Origin: Candidatus Micrarchaeota archaeon
GTDB lineage: Archaea; Micrarchaeota; Micrarchaeia; Anstonellales; Anstonellaceae
NCBI GenBank assembly: GCA_043810635.1
Contig: JBDRNY010000042.1
Location: 1-12,666 of the forward strand
Direction: 5' to 3'
DNA length: 12,666 bases
Made by a program: the position numbers and the translations under genes. The notes beneath the pieces are model-generated. The model worked only from the letters and a program-made list of their open reading frames with translations. It was not told the origin of the DNA and did not search any database. Each line of letters opens with the position of its first letter. Position 1 is the stretch's first letter. This document shows, one piece after another, positions 7,359-12,666 of this stretch.

Positions 7359-7946
7359 ATGGAAAACAAGTTTATTGCAATTGAAGGAATAGATGGTGCG
7401 GGAAAGGCTACGCAAGTAAGGGAAATTAAGAAATATTTGGAAGGGAAGGGGAAGAAAGTTTTTGTTCATAAATATCCGACTGAAAATGCTGGGAAAATAA
7501 AGGATTATCTTGAAGGAAAGGAAGAATTTGGTGAGGAGGAATTGTTTGAATTATATTTGAAAGATATTGCGGATGAGCAGGGAGAATTAAAGGGGAATTT
7601 GGAAAATGGATGGGTGATTGCAGACAGGTATTGCATATCAACTGCGGCATATCAGGGAGTGGGCGGGAAATTGGGGGAAAGAGTGCTGGAAATTGAGGGA
7701 AGGAATTTGATAAAGCCGGATTTGGTTATATGGCTGGATTTGAGTGCGGAGGAAGGGATGGAAAGAAAGAGGGGGCAGAAAAAGCTGGATAAGCATGAGG
7801 GAAATTTAAGATTTTTAAGAAATGTGAGGGAGAATTTTAGGAAATTATATGGAATGAAATTTATGTGCGAAAAATGGGAAAAGATTGATGCTGCAAAAGA
7901 TCCGGGGGAAGTGACCAGAGATATAGAAAAGATAGTTGGAGTTTAG
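7359..7946 (+). CDS. tmk: Thymidylate kinase (dTMP kinase)
   Basis: P-loop FIAIEGIDGAGKATQ, VIADRYCISTAAYQG, and KPDLVIWLD motifs. Confidence 0.96.
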   Translation: MENKFIAIEGIDGAGKATQVREIKKYLEGKGKKVFVHKYPTENAGKIKDYLEGKEEFGEEELFELYLKDIADEQGELKGNLENGWVIADRYCISTAAYQGVGGKLGERVLEIEGRNLIKPDLVIWLDLSAEEGMERKRGQKKLDKHEGNLRFLRNVRENFRKLYGMKFMCEKWEKIDAAKDPGEVTRDIEKIVGV

Positions 7947-7959
7947 GCGCCCCGCTCTT

Positions 7960-7967
7960 TTTATAAA
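7960..7967 (+). promoter_or_regulatory. TATA box of the tRNA gene
   Basis: TTTATAAA ending 26 nt upstream of the mature tRNA 5' end. Confidence 0.65.
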
Positions 7968-7993
7968 CAAGAATAAGCAATATTTATTCTCAA

Positions 7994-8087
7994 GCTCCGA
8001 TAGTCTAGCCCGGTCAAGGACGTTGGCCTTTCAGGGCATTTCTACCGAAGAAAGCCAATAACCCGGGTTCAAATCCCGGTCGGAGCG
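7994..8087 (+). tRNA. tRNA-Glu(TTC) with canonical 37/38 intron; CCA not encoded
   Basis: Acceptor GCTCCGA/TCGGAGC, D stem GTCT/GGAC, anticodon stem TTGGC/GCCAA, anticodon TTC at 8030-8032, T arm CCGGG-TTCAAAT-CCCGG, discriminator G8087. Confidence 0.96.
8034..8052 (+). other. 19-nt tRNA intron with bulge-helix-bulge motif
   Basis: Intron GGGCATTTCTACCGAAGAA. Central helix CTTT(8028-8031)/GAAG(8047-8050), 3-nt bulges CAG (8032-8034) and AAA (8051-8053), and outer helix GG/CC (8035-8036/8045-8046). Confidence 0.9.
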
Positions 8088-8109
8088 AAATTTATTTTAG
8101 GTATTTTTT

Positions 8110-9447
8110 ATGGATTTGGGAAAAGGCTTGCGCGATGCTTTCAGGAAGCTTACAGGAAAAGGGCTAGTGGACGAAAAAGCTGTAAAAGAATTTTTAAGGC
8201 AAATACAGAGGGTGCTGATTGCAAATGATGTGCCTGTGAAATTGGTATTTCAATTGACTAAAAATATTGAGAAAAAAGTGCTGGATAAGGAAATTCCAAA
8301 AGGGTTGTCATTAAGGGAGCAGGTTGTAAGGGTTGTTTATGAAGAATTGGTTTCCCTTATGGGGGAGAGATATGAACCTTCTTTGAAGCCGAGGAAAATT
8401 CTTCTTTTGGGTTTGTATGGAAGCGGAAAAACAACCACATGCGGAAAACTAGCGCATTTTTACAAATCAAGGGGGCTGTCTGTTGCATTGATGGCATGCG
8501 ATACTGATAGGCCGGCGGCATATGAGCAATTGGAGCAATTGTCTGAAAAAACAGGAAGCGTGTTTTATGGCATTAATGGGGAGAAAGATGCTGGGAAAAT
8601 AGTGGGGGAATGCCTGCCAAAAGTGAAAGAGGAAATAATTATTGCAGATTCTGCGGGAAGAAATGCTTTTGACGGGAAATTGATTGAGCAGTTGAAAAAA
8701 ATTGAAAAAGAATTTTCTCCTGACGAGAAAATATTGGTGATGGGGGCAGATATCGGGCAGGTGGCAGGAAAGCAGGCAAAGCAATTTCATATGGCAATTG
8801 GATTGACGGGGGTTATTATTGCAAGATTGGACGGCTCTGGAAAAGGGGGAGGGGCGCTTGCTGCATGCCATGAAGTGGGTGTGCCTATACTTTATATCGG
8901 CACCGGGGAGAAAATGGAGGATTTCCGCTCTTTTGATTCGAAGAAATTTGTGGGCAGGTTGGTTGGTTTTGGGGATTTTGAAACGCTTATTGAAAAAATA
9001 AAAAAAGTTGCTGAAGAGGAAAAGCTGGGCGAGGAAGATGTGCAGGAATTGACTTTGGAAACATTTTACAAGCAAATGAAAGCGGCAAAAAAAATGGGGC
9101 CGCTGCAGTCTGTATTGGGCATGATGGGTGTGAATGATTTGCCCCAGGAAGCATTGAACACTAGCGAGAAAAAATTGAAAATTTATGAAGCGATTATTTC
9201 ATCCATGACTAAAAATGAGAGGAAAGATTCAAAAGTGGTGAGAAAAAGCAAGGAAAGGGTGGAAAGGATTGCAAAAGGGGCGGGCGCAAAGCCGGAAGAT
9301 GTGAGGGAATTGCTCGGGCAGTTTGAAAAAATTTCAAATTTGATGGGAGGAGTGAAGAAAAACAGGGGGTTTAGGAAGAAGATGGAAAAATTTATGAAAG
9401 GGAAAAATATAGATATGGGCAAATTGCAGGGAATGATGGGGAGTTAG
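8110..9447 (+). CDS. srp54: Signal recognition particle protein SRP54
   Basis: N domain (LIANDVPVKLV), G1 GLYGSGKTTT, DTDRPAAYEQL, DSAGR, LDGSGKGGGAL, GTGEK, M domain KKMGPL...IISSMT..ER...RIAKGAG, and a Met-rich tail. Confidence 0.97.
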   Translation: MDLGKGLRDAFRKLTGKGLVDEKAVKEFLRQIQRVLIANDVPVKLVFQLTKNIEKKVLDKEIPKGLSLREQVVRVVYEELVSLMGERYEPSLKPRKILLLGLYGSGKTTTCGKLAHFYKSRGLSVALMACDTDRPAAYEQLEQLSEKTGSVFYGINGEKDAGKIVGECLPKVKEEIIIADSAGRNAFDGKLIEQLKKIEKEFSPDEKILVMGADIGQVAGKQAKQFHMAIGLTGVIIARLDGSGKGGGALAACHEVGVPILYIGTGEKMEDFRSFDSKKFVGRLVGFGDFETLIEKIKKVAEEEKLGEEDVQELTLETFYKQMKAAKKMGPLQSVLGMMGVNDLPQEALNTSEKKLKIYEAIISSMTKNERKDSKVVRKSKERVERIAKGAGAKPEDVRELLGQFEKISNLMGGVKKNRGFRKKMEKFMKGKNIDMGKLQGMMGS

Positions 9448-10883
9448 TCATTTTGTTTTCTTACAGTAGGAAAAAGTATTACTTCTTTTATTGAAACATT
9501 GTTTGTAAATATCATTGCCAATCTGTCTATTCCGATGCCTATTCCCGCGGTGGGGGGCATGCCATATTCCATTGCCTCAAGAAAATCGTCATCAATTGGA
9601 TTTGAGTCTTCATCCCCTTCTGCAAGAAGGCGGGCCTGCTCCTGCAGTTTTCTCCTTTGCTCACGGGGGTCGGTTAATTCTGAATAGCAATTGGCCAATT
9701 CATAGCCTGCAATAAACAATTCAAACCTTTCTGCTAATTGCGGATTGGAGCGCTTTCGTTTTGTGAGGGGGCAGATGTAATACGGATAGTCTATTACAAA
9801 TGTCGGATTGAATAAATCTGGAAGAAGGAAATGGTCGAATAATGCGTCAACGCATTTTGCCATTGTTTTTTTGGAAGGGGTGACGCCCAATCCGAGGCAT
9901 TCAGAATAAGCCTGGGTTTCGTTTTCCCATTTTAATATGTCAATTTTCGCCTTTTTCTTTAATTCTTCATGCAGGCTGATAATTTGGAATTTGGAAAAAT
10001 CTATTGTTTTTCCCTGGAATTCAAATTTTGCATTTAGTTGCAGTTTTTTGAGTATGAAGAAGAGCATTTCTTTTGTAAAATCCATATAATCATTATAATC
10101 TTTGTAAGCTTCATAAAATTCAAGAAGGGTGAATTCCGGGTTGTGGGTGGAATCAATATCCTCATTCCTGAAATCTTTTGAAAATTCATACACTTTGTCA
10201 ATCCCCCCTATAATGAGGCGCTTGAGGTATAATTCATTTGAAATGCGCAGGAAAAGGTCTTCATCAAGCGCATTGTGCTTTGTTGTAAAAGGCTTTGCCG
10301 CCGCCCCGCCATAAACTTTTTGCAATATGGGAGTGTCCACTTCCAAATATCCGTGGGAGTTGAGGAATTCGCGTATTGCATCAATTAATTTTGCACGCGT
10401 GATGAAGAATTCTTTTACTTTTGAATTTGCTATCAAGTCAAGGTAGCGCTTGCGGTAGCGCAATTCGGTATCTGAAAGCCCCTTGAATTTGTCTGGGAGA
10501 AAGCGCAAAGATTTTGAAAGGAGGGTGAAATTTTTTGCATTTATTGATATTTCGCCTTTTTTTGTTTTGCAAACAGTGCCGTCAACCCCTATAATATCCC
10601 CCAAGTCAAGGGAGCGGAAATTAGATGTTTTTTCTGCGCCCAGCTCGTCGGCGCGGGCCATAATTTGTATTTTTCCTTTATTGTCTTTTATTTGGCAGAA
10701 TGCCAATTTTCCAAAATCCCTTTTTTGTATTATTCTCCCCGCAACTTTTTGCACACTATCCTCGTATTTTGAATAATTGGAAATTATTTCTTTGGAATAG
10801 AGGGTGAATTTGTAGGAATAGGGGTAAGGGTTGATGTTTTTTTTCTCAATATCTTCCAATTTTTTCAGTCTGTCAGAATCCAT
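9444..10883 (-). CDS. lysS: Lysine--tRNA ligase, class II
   Basis: OB-fold N-terminus (VAGRI...GKLAF; LGDIIGV.G), RYRKRYLDLI, EVDTPILQ..YGGAAAKPF, motif 2 FRNEDIDSTHNPEFT, motif 3 YGMPPTAGIGIGIDRL. It has a 4-nt convergent overlap with srp54. Confidence 0.98.
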   Translation of the reverse strand: MDSDRLKKLEDIEKKNINPYPYSYKFTLYSKEIISNYSKYEDSVQKVAGRIIQKRDFGKLAFCQIKDNKGKIQIMARADELGAEKTSNFRSLDLGDIIGVDGTVCKTKKGEISINAKNFTLLSKSLRFLPDKFKGLSDTELRYRKRYLDLIANSKVKEFFITRAKLIDAIREFLNSHGYLEVDTPILQKVYGGAAAKPFTTKHNALDEDLFLRISNELYLKRLIIGGIDKVYEFSKDFRNEDIDSTHNPEFTLLEFYEAYKDYNDYMDFTKEMLFFILKKLQLNAKFEFQGKTIDFSKFQIISLHEELKKKAKIDILKWENETQAYSECLGLGVTPSKKTMAKCVDALFDHFLLPDLFNPTFVIDYPYYICPLTKRKRSNPQLAERFELFIAGYELANCYSELTDPREQRRKLQEQARLLAEGDEDSNPIDDDFLEAMEYGMPPTAGIGIGIDRLAMIFTNNVSIKEVILFPTVRKQND

Positions 10884-10917
10884 TGAAATAACCTATGGAA
10901 TAAGAGGTGTGAGAAAA

Positions 10918-10925
10918 TATATAAA
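10918..10925 (-). promoter_or_regulatory. Putative TATA box for lysS
   Basis: TTTATATA on the minus strand, about 35 nt upstream of the lysS ATG. It abuts a T-rich tract that could terminate the upstream gene. Confidence 0.5.
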
Positions 10926-10943
10926 GAAAAAGAATGGAAATGC

Positions 10944-11690
10944 TCAAACCCTTGCTTTTCTTGCGGCAAGTGCAAGCTCTTTTGATGCAAGCTCATCGAC
11001 AACGTCGCGGGCTATTACACGCCTGCCCCCGATTTTCTCGTGAGGAATTCTGTTCCTGTCAAGGCGCCTTTCAAACGCGTTTCTGCGTATCTTAAGCCCT
11101 TTGCCCTGCAAATATGAAATCGCCTGCGAAACGTCGTAATAATTCTTTGCAACATGGACAAGGGAATCCACAATTTCGCGGGGAATCCATCTTTGGGTGT
11201 TTATTTTAATTGAAGGAATTGCATTTTTTTCAACCCTTCCGATAAACGCACGGAGGTTGAGGCTTTCTTCATGGGCTTTTAATTTTTCATATGCCTCTTT
11301 TACCGAATAGAATTGCCCGTGAAGTGAAATCCAGTCAGATATGATATGTTTTGGAATAAGGCGCTTTTTCCCTATTTTTTCAGAGCGTATGGAACGCCTT
11401 TCAACCCTTCCGCCAAAAGCGCGTGCAGAAATGGAAAGGCCGGCGCGCTTTACCTCTTCATAAGCTTCGTCGACGGTAAGAAGACCGAGGGAGCGGAGCT
11501 TTGCCTTGTCAAGCTTGTCCTGCTCATAAAGCATTTGGGCAGATTTTACAACTTCTGCAACTGCAGAGCTGAGAGAAGATTCTGCCTTTTTTCTGCGGCT
11601 TCTAAGCTCGCCCACCTTGAAAGATTTTACTTTCTGAACCACCAGGTCTTTGTTATTTCTTTCGATTACAATTCGCTTACCACGAGGCAT
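10944..11690 (-). CDS. Basic putative DNA-binding protein with three tandem Xis/MerR-like (HTH_17-like) winged HTH repeats
   Basis: Start re-assigned to ATG 11690 (MPRGKR..., 248 aa) because GGTGA (11695-11699) lies 4 nt upstream, as for pgk and gap. Repeats at residues 70-126, 127-183 and 184-240 resemble the ylTV.EAa...ip..KiG..r.Ip pattern of HTH_17. Confidence 0.8.
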   Translation of the reverse strand: MPRGKRIVIERNNKDLVVQKVKSFKVGELRSRRKKAESSLSSAVAEVVKSAQMLYEQDKLDKAKLRSLGLLTVDEAYEEVKRAGLSISARAFGGRVERRSIRSEKIGKKRLIPKHIISDWISLHGQFYSVKEAYEKLKAHEESLNLRAFIGRVEKNAIPSIKINTQRWIPREIVDSLVHVAKNYYDVSQAISYLQGKGLKIRRNAFERRLDRNRIPHEKIGGRRVIARDVVDELASKELALAARKARV

Positions 11691-11770
11691 ATATTCACCA
11701 ACTGCATGTTGAGCATAACACTCAATAATTACAAACCACAATTTACCATTAACTAGTATACATCAAATCA

Positions 11771-11777
11771 TTTATAA
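11771..11777 (-). promoter_or_regulatory. Putative TATA box of the triple-HTH gene
   Basis: AAACC-A-TTATAAA on the minus strand would imply a 5' UTR of roughly 55 nt. Confidence 0.4.
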
Positions 11778-11914
11778 TGGTTTAGTTTCATCCAAACCGA
11801 ACAACCACCCCACACACAAACATCATAATTTGTAGTAAGTAAAACAACTATAGTACATTTAAAAAATTCACTGCTCCTCCCCAAGCTTATAGAAAGAAGG
11901 AAAGGGGGAAAAAA

Positions 11915-12666
11915 TTGAATATAATTCAAATTCTTATTATGGGCATAAGGATATACACGTCAAAGTTTGGGCTGTATATTCTTGCAGGGCTTTTGCTTGC
12001 GCTTAGTATAATTGTCAGCATGGGCTTTGGAATAGTGTTTATAATTATAGACGGATTGATTGCGCTTTTTATGGGGCCGGGGGGAGCATGGCTTTACAAC
12101 CCAATATCTGCTGCAGCTGTTTTGCTGAGCACGCTTTGCGCAATTTTAACAACAAGCTATTTGTTTTTTCCTTCAATCGGGGCGTTTATGCATACGTGCG
12201 CAAAAATTGGCAGCGGAAGAAAAGATGTAAGCTTGATGACGCATTTTGATTATATGAAGGAAAATATGAATGATTTTTGGTTTATTGGAATTATCCAGCA
12301 GGCTATTGCAGGGGTGCCGGCGCTGGTTGTTTTAATTGTTGCAATTTTGCTCGGGGGGATAAGCCATCTTATTGTATGGGCGGGCGTTGCAGTGTCTGCG
12401 CTTGTATGGATGGTTTGCCAATTTCCATTCTGGCTTGCGTTTCCTGCAAAAATTGTGAAAAAAAGAGGGGCGCTCGGCTCGCTGAGAAATTCTTTGAAAG
12501 CAAACCTGAAAGCGCCTGTTGGTTCGATTGCAATGCTTCTTATAATTTATATCCTGATAATTTTGCCGGCAATATCATTGGTGCTTTATCCGATTTACTT
12601 TTTTTTGATGCTCGCCCCTTTTGCATCAATTGTTTTGCTTGCATTTTATGAAGCAAGCGAGGGAAT
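11915..12666 (+). CDS. Multi-pass membrane protein (DUF975/YciC-like membrane domain, tentative), 3' truncated by the window
   Basis: Not in the ORF track. The frame is open from TTG 11915 (GGGGG 6 nt upstream; alternative ATG 11939) to the window end: MNIIQILIMGIRIYTSKFGLYILAGLLLALSIIVSMGFGIVF...FWLAFPAKIVKKRGALGSLRNSLKA...VLLAFYEASEG. About 5-6 hydrophobic segments and a P..iv.k.ga..Sl..S pattern. Confidence 0.85.
   Translation, partial: MNIIQILIMGIRIYTSKFGLYILAGLLLALSIIVSMGFGIVFIIIDGLIALFMGPGGAWLYNPISAAAVLLSTLCAILTTSYLFFPSIGAFMHTCAKIGSGRKDVSLMTHFDYMKENMNDFWFIGIIQQAIAGVPALVVLIVAILLGGISHLIVWAGVAVSALVWMVCQFPFWLAFPAKIVKKRGALGSLRNSLKANLKAPVGSIAMLLIIYILIILPAISLVLYPIYFFLMLAPFASIVLLAFYEASEG

Noticed and set aside
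7994..11690. Integrated element at tRNA-Glu with the HTH protein as excisionase
   Set aside because: No duplicated tRNA 3' end or integrase was seen, and the intervening genes are core (srp54, lysS).
11691..11741. N-terminal extension MWFVIIECYAQHAVGEY given by the ORF track
   Set aside because: GGTGA 4 nt upstream of ATG 11690 supports the later start.
326..11756. Remaining short antisense or overlapping ORFs in the track (e.g. 326-676, 355-792, 1199-1708, 4644-5141, 8467-9075, 11346-11756)
   Set aside because: They lie opposite or within well-supported genes, with composition mirroring the real strand and no motifs.
11915..11929. Inverted repeat TTGAAT-ATA-ATTCAA
   Set aside because: Short, AT-rich and overlapping the probable start of the membrane gene; no independent support as an operator.
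12277..12651. 124-aa Cys-rich ORF from the track
   Set aside because: Off-frame shadow of the longer membrane-protein frame 11915-12666; the cysteines arise from shifted hydrophobic codons.

Overview
Gene-dense archaeal housekeeping region. GGTGA Shine-Dalgarno sites, TATA boxes, a BHB-intron tRNA, Pus10, archaeal PolB3 and SRP54 mark it as archaeal. Class I GAPDH and class II LysRS fit a DPANN/Micrarchaeota-like host (inference). Gene order: 5' end of pgk (minus strand, missed by the ORF track), gap, a 2-TM PH-like protein, a structured intergenic segment, a COG1340-like coiled-coil protein, polB, an A24 prepilin peptidase, pus10, tmk, tRNA-Glu(TTC) with a 19-nt intron, srp54, lysS, a basic protein with three gap-free 57-aa Xis/MerR-like HTH repeats, and a multi-TM protein running off the window (also missed by the track). 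I saw no CRISPR array, transposase, integrase or intein, and no clear new multi-gene system. The best leads are the triple-HTH protein with its long upstream region, a degenerate in-frame copy of the gap 5' end between pgk and gap, a CG-rich hairpin cluster at about 1900-2030 (candidate ncRNA), and an ARLD variant of the SRP54 TKxD motif. All calls come from reading motifs by eye; no searches were run.
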